From: Eledone cirrhosa
Lineage: Eukaryota
Length of the DNA stretch: 34,461 nucleotides
Assembly: GCA_964016885.1 (NCBI GenBank)
Contig: CAXHJY010000131.1
Location: 1-34,461, forward strand
Reading direction: 5' to 3'
Shown: positions 1 to 11,906 of the stretch, piece by piece
Position numbering within the stretch: the stretch's first letter is position 1
Layout: each line of letters starts with the position of its first letter
Program-made: the position numbers and the translations under genes
Notes under the pieces: generated by a model
Database searches by the model: none
What the model saw: the letters and a program-made list of their open reading frames with translations, nothing else
What the model was told of the DNA's origin: nothing

Positions 1-230
1 AACGGTGTGTGTGTATGTGTATGTACGTGTGTATGTGTATGTACGTGTGTATGGGTGTGTGTGTCTGTGTGTGTCTGTGTATGTCTGTGTGTGTGGATTT
101 CCATTATGTCTATGAATGTTTGTATATGTGTGTGTATATGAGCATGCATACGTATTCCTATTGTGCTTGTGTCCGTGTATGTGTATAATATTTATGCGAA
201 TGCATACGTATTTCTATTCTGACTGCATGC

Positions 231-1030
<800 letters not shown>

Positions 1031-1126
1031 TTTGTGATTGTGTGTGTAGGTTCCACAATGTGTGTATATTGTTGTGTGTGTATATGCTACAATGTGTATA
1101 TACGGTTATGCGTGTGTATATTGCAG

Positions 1127-1343
1127 AGGCCATCGTTTTTCTGTTGATGAGATTGGGTTTTTATTGGGTATTCCTATAACCATAAATTGGTCGAAACGAA
1201 ACAATATGCTACGAGTATTAACATCAACAATGTCCCCCTTCACTGATACTCAAGGGTTTTACAAAATAAATGACATATTTAGTCACGCAGTTGAACTAAA
1301 TGTTTTATTCAGGCCCAGTTCCATTATAAACTGCCACATCTGA
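1127..1343 (+). CDS. Putative terminal coding exon of an unidentified gene ([71 protein letters not shown])
   Basis: Unique-complexity island starting right after TATTGCAG (acceptor AG at 1125-1126); 71 open codons in AT-rich DNA ending TGA at 1341-1343; all three minus-strand frames contain stops. Protein family not recognised. Confidence 0.5.
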
Positions 1344-1554
1344 GAGACCTGGGAAATAGAGGATAGTGCACGTTCTGTTAGCAATCGTGTTAGGAGTAAA
1401 ATTGATGGTGGTTCTCTCAGCTTATACGACGCGAACTATATGCATTAAGGTGACAGGAAAACACTCTTTTTTCAAGAACTATATTTTTAAATCCCACAAG
1501 AGAGAAATATTTTTTCATCGTCTTCTTTCCTTTCTTTTCTTTTCTTTTCTTTCC

Positions 1555-2410
1555 GTTATTGTTCTTGGTGGTGGTGGTGTTGTTATTGTTGTTCGTATTG
1601 TTATCATTGTCGTGGTGGTGGTGGTGGTTGTTGTTGTTGTTGTGGTTGTTGTGGTTGTTGTGGGTGTTGTTGTTGTGGTTGTTGCTATTCTTGCTGCTAT
1701 TGTTGTTATTGTTGTTGTTGTTGTTGTTGTTATTCTCCATCTTTTCTTTTAATCTTTTATTTTTATTGTCCATTTTGTATTTATTTATATTTATATTTAT
1801 ATTTATATTTACATATTATTATTAACTTCCATTATATTTTCCTCCATTATTTATATTTTTATTATTATTAATATTTTTATTATTATTATTATTATAACTA
1901 TTATTAATATTATCATCACCACCACCAACACCATCATCACACCATCATCGATAATAATAATAATAATAATAATAATAGTAATGATGGTGGAGTGATGGGG
2001 TGGAGGATGGTGTGGATTTTGGTGATGGTAGAGGCGGTAGCACATAGTAGTGCTGATGGTGGCGATGGTGTTTGTAGTGGTGGTGTCAATGGTGGTGGTG
2101 TAGTGGTAGGGACAGTGGTAATATGGCTGATGGTAAAATGGTGGAAATAGCAGTAATGGCGGCGATGACAGTGACAATGATGGTAATAACGATGACACCA
2201 CTGATGGTGATGGTGGTGATGGTGGTGGTATTAATGGTAGATGATGGTGATGATAGTAATGTTGTGACGATGGTAGAAGGTGGCGGTGATGGTGGTGGAA
2301 TTAACGGTAGATGGTGGTGGTGGTGGTGGTGATGATGATGGTGATGGTTGTGACGATGGTAGAAGGTGGTAGTGATGGTGGTGGTGTTAATAGTAGGGTG
2401 GTGGGGTGGT
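1555..2410. repeat. Trinucleotide low-complexity block (GTT/ATT/AAT/GGT/GAT)
   Basis: Imperfect triplet repeats giving poly-V/N/H/T pseudo-ORFs. Confidence 0.9.
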
Positions 2411-2536
2411 GAAGCTATTGCCTTTCGCTCTCGTGAATTCACAACATAGATATGGTGCTATAAACTTCAACTTATTCGCAGAACTGAACCGTTTTATGAG
2501 CCCTTTCAGTTTTACACGCTCGTAAAGCTTTGTGTC

Positions 2537-2583
<47 letters not shown>

Positions 2584-2648
2584 CGTAGGTGTGTTGGTGT
2601 GTGCATTTAGCACAAATATGATTGAAAATATATAGACACAAACATATA

Positions 2649-2690
<42 letters not shown>

Positions 2691-2747
2691 TATATGTATA
2701 CACACACACACACATATATATATATAAATGTATGTATATATATATTA

Positions 2748-2795
<48 letters not shown>

Positions 2796-2828
2796 GTATA
2801 TATATATATATATACATATGTATGTATG

Positions 2829-2869
<41 letters not shown>

Positions 2870-2952
2870 TATATAATGTTTTGGATTTCTCAGTCCATGG
2901 CAATCTTTTATTTCATTCTTAAAGAAGATTTCTCTTTTTTCTCTCTCGTTCC

Positions 2953-2995
<43 letters not shown>

Positions 2996-3149
2996 TGTGC
3001 ATACATATACATACTTATATAGTAATTCATAAGTATGTATATGTTTGGATATCTATCAAAATGCATATATAAATATATATATTAATACATATATATATGT
3101 ATATATCTATGAATGTACATACATATATATATATATATGTGTATATATA

Positions 3150-3228
<79 letters not shown>

Positions 3229-3277
3229 GTGTGTGTGTGTACATATATAATTATATGTATATTTATATATTTATGAA

Positions 3278-3314
<37 letters not shown>

Positions 3315-3829
3315 TTATGTATGTACATAGAAGTTAAATAAATGTATATATAACAATATAGTTTATAAACACATATATGTTTAGGATCGTAGATATATAA
3401 TCCCTCCCTGTATCCCTCGTCACACCTCCTCCCCTTCCCCCCATTCTCCTCCCCCTCCTCCTCTTCTTCCTTCCTTCTTTTCTTCTCTTTCTCTTCTGTC
3501 ATCACCATAACTTCTCATCATTTTCATGGTGAACAGATTTATGTATATAAATTTATATATACAATATGTACACACATTCAAGTTTAGCAAAATATATATA
3601 TGTGTGTGTGTCTATATATATATATGTGTGTGTATGAGAGAGTATATATATGTTTGTGTTTGTGTGTATGTATGCATGTATGTATATATGTATGTGTGTA
3701 ACACCCATGTAATTACTTAAACATATATCCCAAAGTATATACACACACACACGTATACATATATATTATATTTTATTATTATATTTCATATATATATATA
3801 TATGTATATATATATGTATATATATACAT

Positions 3830-3879
<50 letters not shown>

Positions 3880-3934
3880 GTAGATATAAATATATAAACG
3901 TATATATATATATTTATATACATACACACAAACC

Positions 3935-3994
<60 letters not shown>

Positions 3995-4016
3995 ATATAG
4001 ACAGATTCTTTTAGGT

Positions 4017-4081
<65 letters not shown>

Positions 4082-4462
4082 AATACATTCATATAATACC
4101 TATCTATATACCTACCTACGTACAAGTATCTATATATAAAAGCTCTATCCAGGCAGAATAACTAAGATTTCATATATATTGACTCGCATAATTAAATTGC
4201 ACAACATTCCCCAATAATATATATCTCCTTTCACCTCATTCTTTCTTCACTTTTATCCATTTTCTTCTCACAATATTTTCATCTCATCTTTCCATTTTTT
4301 CCTTCTTTTATTTTTTTGTTATTGTTTTCGTTCAGTTTTTTACTTTATTCCTTTTTTTCTTTCTTTGTTTTCTTTCTTTCATTTTATTGTCGTGCTTTAT
4401 GTTATGCACCTCAAATTGCTTTCTTTATTCCTGTCCTGCTCAGGAATATATATATATACATA

Positions 4463-4503
<41 letters not shown>

Positions 4504-4960
4504 GTGTGTGTGTGTATATATATATATATATACGTACTGTAAACATTCATACATTTATACATATCTATGTCTCTCTCTATGTATATTATATACTTTTATA
4601 CTTTTATATACATATACATATATATTTATATATATATATATATATATTTATTTATATTTATACATTTATATTTATATTAATATATATTATATATATTCAT
4701 ATATATTATATACATATATAAAAATATATATATATTATATATATATATATAATATATATATTCATATATATTATATACATATATAAAAATATATATATAT
4801 TTATATATATATTATATATATATTATATATATATAAATATATATATTTATATATATTATATATATATAAATATATATATATATACTCACCAATGCGTTAA
4901 CAGAATGTAATACAAAATATATATACATCTTGTTATTCAGGTATTATGATTGGAAAAATG

Positions 4961-4999
<39 letters not shown>

Positions 5000-5096
5000 G
5001 TTTATATTTTCTGTGATACATACCACGTTTCATAACCTTTTGCCTTCCACTAAGCCAACCCTTTTCATTATTATTATTGTTATTGTTATTATCAAA

Positions 5097-5279
5097 AGGA
5101 GCGGTGGATTAACAGTATCAGTAGAGGGTCGTACGCCATGCTTTTCAGGAGTTGCGACCTTTTTATGGTCTGAGTTCAAACCCCACCGTCGTTTACTTTG
5201 CCTTTCGTCCTTACGGGGTCGATAAAATAATGCACTGGAATTATTGGTGGCCTTGTGCCAAAAGTAGAAACAATTATTA
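5097..5279 (+). mobile_element. tRNA-derived SINE, family A
   Basis: Similar along its length to the copies at 10022, 24161 and 26049; B-box-like GAGTTCAAACC; central TTTGCCTTTC-TCCTTACGGGGTCGATAAAATA; ATT tail. Confidence 0.85.
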
Positions 5280-5409
5280 GAAGGAAGTGGTGCATTTCAA
5301 CCAGTTTGTTGAAAGGTGGGGGAGAGTAGCAAGCATGGTCCGTGTGAATGGGCCTGCTTTGAGTAGACACCTATAGATAAGTAGGGTTTGCGATGAAAGC
5401 AAGTCAGTC

Positions 5410-5890
<481 letters not shown>

Positions 5891-5908
5891 GGAAAAGTTC
5901 CAGGACCC

Positions 5909-6007
5909 CGAGAACAAATGATTCACTTTATTCAGATCCTCTGCTCAGTCTAAATGAAGTTGTACGACCGAGCTGAGGATCCGAATAAGGTGAAACATTT
6001 GTTCTCG
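5909..6007. repeat. Inverted repeat, 42-bp arms (5909-5950 / 5966-6007), 15-nt spacer
   Basis: CGAGAACAAATGATTCACTTTATTCAGATCCTCTGCTCAGTC versus the reverse complement of the right arm: 5 mismatches. Confidence 0.92.
5969..6007 (+). ncRNA. Minimal type I hammerhead ribozyme motif
   Basis: CGAG-CTGAGGA(5973-5979)-tcc gaataa ggt-GAAAC(5992-5996)-attt-GTT^-CTCG; stem I CGAG/CTCG; stem II weak (2 bp plus a U-U mismatch). Confidence 0.65.
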
Positions 6008-6182
6008 ATATGGTGAACTAACTGTTGTGAAACTACCTCTACCAAACTCGTGCTATGGACTGAGTGCTCTACTTCTACGGATATAACACTCCAGTATTCT
6101 ACTAATATTTATATATATATATATGAGAATGTTGAAGTTTGGTTGAAGCATTGTGGAATAAAAACTTTCCCCCTCGGAAAAC

Positions 6183-6217
6183 CCCCAGTTGATGGATGCG
6201 AAATCCGAAATATAGGG
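6183..6217 (+). ncRNA. Decayed hammerhead-like motif
   Basis: CCC-CAGTTGA (2 changes from CTGATGA)-t-GGAT gcgaa ATCC-GAAA-TATA-GGG. Confidence 0.35.
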
Positions 6218-6425
6218 ATAATTAAATCACTTCCAAGGTAACTCTATCTCGTGTTATTATTTTTACACTCTTTCCTACGTTCCTCTACACCCTATACGTC
6301 TCATTTTACATCTCTCTCTCATTACCACCTGATTCTGTTACCCGGAGATTTACCCATCTGCATTGTTGAGGCCTCCAAAACGACCAATTGTATATATGTG
6401 TGTATATATTTATATATATATATAT

Positions 6426-6595
6426 TATTAAAATAACAGATTAACGTTTAAAGGTGAAAGCAGTGATTCTTTGCTTAAACTTTAATCTGTTATTTTAATA
6501 AAATATTTGATCTACGATTCTTATATATTTGATATATATTTATCCTTATCGAGCCCTCTTTGGACTTTAGTCTTCAAATTTATTATTATTACTAT
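6426..6595. mobile_element. TA-embedded dispersed repeat with a 26-bp inverted repeat (6426-6451 / 6475-6500)
   Basis: Arms match at 25/26 positions; homologous segments occur at 30262-30366 and, inverted, at 31167-31260. Confidence 0.75.
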
Positions 6596-6950
6596 ATATA
6601 TATATATATACATATATACTTAGTTTTTCCTGTATACATGAATTGTAGAGGTATAAACCTTTATTTACATCAGGTGGGTCATCTCCGGGAACTGTAAATC
6701 TCATTGAGAGGGTTCGTTTCATTGCTCGTCAGTTTATTTTTTGAATCTCTTGAAAATATGGTTCACCTGGAATCTTGACTAAATTTATACCTTGAGGGGA
6801 CTGGGTCAGTTCAGGTTTGTTGGGTCCCTCATCGGACCCAGTTCTAGTTTAGTGAGTCCCTCATCGGAGGGCCCGGGTATTCGTCATCACCGCCCTTACT
6901 CCCGATCAATCCGGCCCTGTCTGAAATCTTGCTAAGTTGCTTCTTACATC

Positions 6951-7186
6951 TTAACCCTTTAGCATTTATATTACTCTATATTTACTATTGTATTCTTGTT
7001 GTGAAGGCTTTACCTCACACAATTATCCCACATAATATGGAAACTATGAGATTTTGATATTTATTTTGAAAACAATACCTTAAAGTCGGTATGAGTGGCC
7101 AGTTAAGCCTGGTTATGGCTGGTTTGAACAGAAAAAGATGACAGAATTCTGGCCGGATATGGCCAGTTTAAATGCTAAAGGGTTAA
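6951..7186. mobile_element. piggyBac-type MITE (TTAA target duplication)
   Basis: TTAA-CCCTTTAGCATTTA ... TAAATGCTAAAGGG-TTAA: perfect 14-bp TIRs; second copy at 28512. Confidence 0.9.
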
Positions 7187-7492
7187 GGCCTCAATGGTTA
7201 TAGAATGTCAAACGTACACAAACCTCTGAGTTGTGAACTGCGATTAATGGAAAATCCACTTTGGACTTTTAAAGTGGATAAAGTATTAGTCTTGCTGAAG
7301 ACGATGAAACAGCCGCTCTTTTCCGGAGGTCTTTCACTCCGAGACCGATACATACATATGTACGTCCATACATATATACATGGTGGCTGCCAACTCGTTT
7401 TCGAGTACGGCCACTACTTTATATCCATGTAGGAGAACCCCTACCGATGCGCTGAACGAGTGTGACTTTTTAGTCCAGCCAGCGACTTGAAA

Positions 7493-8230
7493 ACTCTGGT
7501 ACAAACACTACACCTGTGACAATTATTGACACATAGTGCTGGGCCCATGGTACCATGTGAGGACAAGTGCAGAGAGATCTCCAGATATAAAGCAATGCTT
7601 GTGCCGTGAAGCTTTTATAGTGAGCAAAGGCACTGCACAAAGCCAGTCCCACTCTCTTAACCAAGATGATATTTACCAAAAAGAAGAACAAGTCAACATC
7701 ATTAGATACCATCAGAGTTGCAGGTGTTATATCAGAGTTTTCCTTCTCCTAGAATTCTGCCTTGACAAAGGCTAAGAGGTCATCTCTCCCAATATTTATA
7801 TATACGTGTATATATATATACTCTGGTACAAACACTACACTTGTGACAATTATTGACACATAGTGCTGGGCCCATATATACATATATACAAATATACATA
7901 CTTACGTACGTACATACATACATGATGGCTGCCCCCTCGATATCTAGTATGGCCATTGCATGATATACCATTATTAATAATTATTAATTAATGCTACCGT
8001 GCAATTCCTGTGCATGAAGATGTTTATAAAAGTGAGGAAAGACTGTGCACTGAGCCAATCCCACTCTCTGAGCAACAGTAGCTATAACCCGAAAAGAAGA
8101 AAAGATCAACATCATCGGTAACTACTGAGCCGTATGTTTTATGTCGGAGTTATCCCAGTTTCCTGAGTTGCCTTCTCCTAGAAGAATATCCTGACAAGGG
8201 CTAAGGGTCCTTCACTCCCAGTGGTTTAAC
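7493..8230. repeat. Cluster of diverged copies of an unclassified interspersed repeat
   Basis: 7494-7554 recurs at 7821-7875 with a short deletion; 7600-7780 resembles 8010-8210 (GCCAxTCCCACTCTCT, AACATCAT, CCTTCTCCTAGAA, GACAAxGGCTAAG). Confidence 0.7.
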
Positions 8231-9119
8231 CCCGCGATCGGATGTCCAGCCGATTATTTCTACATACATACATAGTTACATACATACATACATGCATACA
8301 TATGTACATACTTACATAATAGATATGTACGTACACACATGCATACGTAGATGCATACACATATTCATTCTTACACATAGGCATACACACATACATGCAC
8401 ATCTGCATACATATATATATATGTAGACATATTTACATAGATATATACACACATATACATTATTCATACATGTCATACACATATATACATATATATGTAT
8501 ATATACTCTCTATCTCTCTCTTCCCCATCTCTCACTCTCTCTCTCCCCCTCTCCCTCTCTCTCTCTCTTTCTAATTTTCTTTCCCTTTCACCATATTTCT
8601 CACAAAATATATTACCTCATAATTCTTTCCTCCTCCTCCTCCCCCTCTTTCCTTTCACCTCCATCGCTTCCTCTTAAGATGCCCTCCCCTTCCTCCTCTA
8701 TATCTCCTTCCACCACCACCACATTGCCCCCTTCCTCTTCTACTGGTTCATCCTTCACCTTCCACTTACATTCGATCCACTTCATTCCTCATCTATATCT
8801 CCTTCCTCCTCATCCTACAACTCTTCTTCTTTCACATACCCCTCCTCCTCCCCTCCTCTTCCTATTCCTCCTGTAATACTTTCTACAAATATGTCGGCTT
8901 CCTTCTTTCCTCTACACAACTGTCTCTGTCATCTAATAATCTCTTTCCGCCACCACCACCACCACAACTTCCACCATCACTACCACCACCACCAACACTA
9001 CAACCCCCACCACTACCACCACCACTTCCACCAACAACAACACTACAGCCACCCCTACCACCTCCAACGACACCACTTTATGTCACCTTCCTCTTCTCCC
9101 CCAAACCTCTCCCACAGTT

Positions 9120-9320
9120 GTCAGGTCACGTGCTACAACCAACAGTACCGCAGTGTATGCAATAAAAGTTAAGAGATAGTTGATCACGTGACATCACGTG
9201 TCTCCCTGACTGACCAATGGCTGAGTTTTATAGTTGAATGCTGGGACAGCAATAAACTAACCTCTTGACAGCCAATCATATGTTGAGCAATGTTACAACG
9301 TCAGCAATTTGTATTCAGTG
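9120..9320 (+). promoter_or_regulatory. Promoter-like region: three CACGTG E-boxes, two CCAAT boxes, half-CRE, Inr-like TCAGT
   Basis: CACGTG at 9127, 9185 and 9195; CCAAT at 9214 and 9272; ACGTCA at 9298; TCAGT at 9315; unique sequence. Confidence 0.6.
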
Positions 9321-9598
9321 GACGTATATGGTGGTGGTGGTGGTGGCAACTGTGGTGGTGGTAGTGGTTGTTTAACCCTTCACCGGAAGAGAGAATGTGT
9401 GGGGAGGGAAACGGAGGACAAGCGTGAGAGAGAAACGAGGAAAAGTTTGCTTCGTGAGTGCTCAAACAGTGGACCGGTGAAGTAGCAGATATTCCTCAGT
9501 CCAGAGAAGATCTGATAGGGATGGGTTCCAGAGAACAATGAAACCACAAAGAGAACAGTCCATGCTTTTGCGAGACGAGTTTTTCTATCTTTTTCTGA
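9315..9598 (+). other. Candidate first (5' UTR) exon with short uORFs
   Basis: Follows the promoter motifs and ends at a donor-like GA|GTATGT (GT at 9599); ATGs at 9328, 9396, 9521 and 9538. The start coordinate is inferred. Confidence 0.4.
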
Positions 9599-9744
9599 GT
9601 ATGTGATGTTGTTTTCTAATTAAAGAAAAGAGTCCACAGATTTTAGAGAATTTTGTGTTTGGTTGTACTTATTGCATCTTTCCTGGTTATAGCAGATATA
9701 TTCAGTGGTTGAGGTGTTAACATAGAGACCAGTATCGTCTGGTT

Positions 9745-9832
9745 TTTCTTTTGGAGCTCAACAATTTTAGAGGAGAGGAAAGTCGATTAAATCGATTCTA
9801 GTGAATTACTGGTACTTTATTTTATCTACCCA
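9745..9832 (-). mobile_element. SINE family A 3' fragment
   Basis: AGTCGATTAAATCGA...TTACTGGTACTTTATTTTATC shared with 24349-24500. Confidence 0.7.
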
Positions 9833-10021
9833 CGTTGGTTTGTCTATTTCTTCTATTCAATTGCAGCACATTTGATTCTGGTAAACTATCCCAGTTGTAT
9901 CGATTTTAAAGCACTAAAACAACGTATCTCCTGCGGTCGATTGATTAGAGGGGACTGTCCTATGATTTGTCCGTTTTTCCCTTCTCTTCACCCACCTTTT
10001 TTTTATTCATTATATATATAT

Positions 10022-10213
10022 AAGGGCGGTGGATTGGCAGTATCGGTAGAGGGTCGGACGCCATGCTTTCCAGCATAGTTACGTCCCTTTACGATCTGAG
10101 TTCAACTCCCGCCGAGGTTGACTTTGCCTTTCATCCTTACGGGGTCGATAAAATAAAGTACCAGTAATGCACTGGGTAATTGCTGGCCTTGTGCCTAAAG
10201 TAGAAACAATTAT
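10022..10213 (+). mobile_element. tRNA-derived SINE family A, near full length (central domain resembles the Meta/MESC SINE domain)
   Basis: A-box-like TGGCAGTATCGG, B-box GAGTTCAACTCC, GCCTTTCATCCTTACGGGGTCGATAAAATAAAGTACCAG core. The domain name is from recall. Confidence 0.88.
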
Positions 10214-10319
10214 ATATATATATAAGGAACGATCGACTTTCGTCAAATCGGACCGAGGGAACAATGTTTCCGTTGGTCTTTCCAATTGCTAAACTATCTA
10301 TCGGTCGCAACTCCAGGTA

Positions 10320-10398
10320 GGAGCAACGTGAAATAAAGTGTCTTGCTCAAGGACATAACGCATCGCCTGGTCCAGGAATCGAACTCACAACCTTACGA
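10320..10398 (-). mobile_element. tRNA-derived SINE family B fragment
   Basis: B box on the minus strand (GAGTTCGATTCC); similar to 15845-15915. Confidence 0.8.
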
Positions 10399-10465
10399 TA
10401 TATATATATATATATAAATATATATATAAATATATAAATATATATATAAATATATATATATATAA

Positions 10466-10498
<33 letters not shown>

Positions 10499-10587
10499 AA
10501 TATATATATATATAAATATATATATATATAAATATATATATAAATATATATATATATAAATATATATATAAATATATATATATATAA

Positions 10588-10622
<35 letters not shown>

Positions 10623-10623
10623 A

Positions 10624-10654
<31 letters not shown>

Positions 10655-10655
10655 A

Positions 10656-10686
<31 letters not shown>

Positions 10687-10699
10687 AATATATATATAA

Positions 10700-10730
<31 letters not shown>

Positions 10731-10731
10731 A

Positions 10732-10764
<33 letters not shown>

Positions 10765-10765
10765 A

Positions 10766-10796
<31 letters not shown>

Positions 10797-10807
10797 AATA
10801 TATATAA

Positions 10808-10888
<81 letters not shown>

Positions 10889-10988
10889 AATATATATATA
10901 AATATATATATAAATATATATATAAATATATATATAAATATATATATATAAATATAAATATATATATAAATATATATATATAAATATA
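10398..10988. repeat. (TA)n microsatellite with periodic AAA interruptions
   Basis: Direct observation; the pattern continues at 11185-11602. Confidence 0.97.
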
Positions 10989-11030
10989 CAATATTAAATA
11001 AATGGAAAACTATATTTATAAAACCATATT

Positions 11031-11096
11031 TATTTCATTATATATATTTCGGGGATATCATATTAACAATATGCTATGCCTTCATCAGACAAAATA
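11031..11096 (-). ncRNA. Minimal type I hammerhead ribozyme motif (Penelope-like)
   Basis: Minus strand: TATTTTGT-CTGATGA-aggcatagcatatt gtt aatatgatatcccc-GAAA-TATATA-TA^-ATGAAATA; 8-bp stem I with GU pairs, 14-position stem II with 3 mismatches, palindromic stem III. Confidence 0.78.
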
Positions 11097-11707
11097 CAAT
11101 ATAAAGTATTTGTCGAGTGCTTTTATATCAGTTATAAATATTTACTAGTTGTAACCCAACAATTTTAAATATAACTTTACATGTATATATAAATATATAT
11201 ATATAAATATATATATATAAATATATATATATAAATATATATATATAAATATTTATATATAAATATATATATATATATAAATATATATATAAATATATAT
11301 ATATAAATATATATATATATAAATATATATATAAATATATATATATATATAAATATATATATAAATATATATATATATATAAATATATATATAAATATAA
11401 ATATATATATAAATATAAATATATATATAAATATATATATAAATATATATATAAATATAAATATATATATATAAATATAAATATATATATAAATATAAAT
11501 ATATATATATAAATATATATATAAATATAAATATATATATATAAATATATATATAAATATATATATAAATATAAATATAAATATATATATAAATATAAAT
11601 ATGAGAGAGAGAGATATTAAATTTTATTTTTACACTCTACTAATGTATTGAGTACCTTAATAACTGTGGTTACCTCCAGATTGAACCCCCACACACACAC
11701 ATATATA

Positions 11708-11740
<33 letters not shown>

Positions 11741-11900
11741 CGAAGGTGTTGTGGTAAGGAACCAGAGTACTCAATACTTAGGATAGACGGCAGAAGGAAA
11801 AAGTATGATTCCGACGGCAGAGCTCAAGCCGTTCCGACGGCTATTTCTAGAAATAGCCGTCAAAACGGCTTGAGCTCTGCCGCTGGGGTCATACTTTTTC
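11741..11900. mobile_element. TA-embedded element with a 104-bp loopless palindrome (11797-11900); inverted partner of 13801-13932
   Basis: Palindrome centred at 11848/11849, arms match at 46/52; 11741-11848 aligns to the reverse complement of 13801-13932 with indels. Confidence 0.88.
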
Positions 11901-11906
11901 TTATAT

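Noticed and set aside
2408-2535. Unique island with a ~37-codon open frame
   Set aside because: No splice signals; more likely UTR or intergenic sequence.
6716-6732. Minus-strand CTGACGA-gcaat-GAAAC
   Set aside because: No stem II and no convincing NUH or stem I; at best a deleted relic.
6790-6890. Duplicated GTCCCTCATCGGA (CCGATGA on minus) with GGGAC/GTCCC pairing
   Set aside because: Lacks the GAAA box; cannot support a ribozyme call.
7295-7310. CTGAAGA-cgat-GAAAC
   Set aside because: Only 4 nt between the boxes and no stem I partner.
10022-10115. tRNA gene
   Set aside because: A and B boxes are present but there is no cloverleaf; it is the head of a multi-copy SINE.
10226-10312. Minus-strand hairpin followed by GAAAC-att-GTT, with GACCGA/TCGGTC pairing
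   Set aside because: No CUGANGA box.
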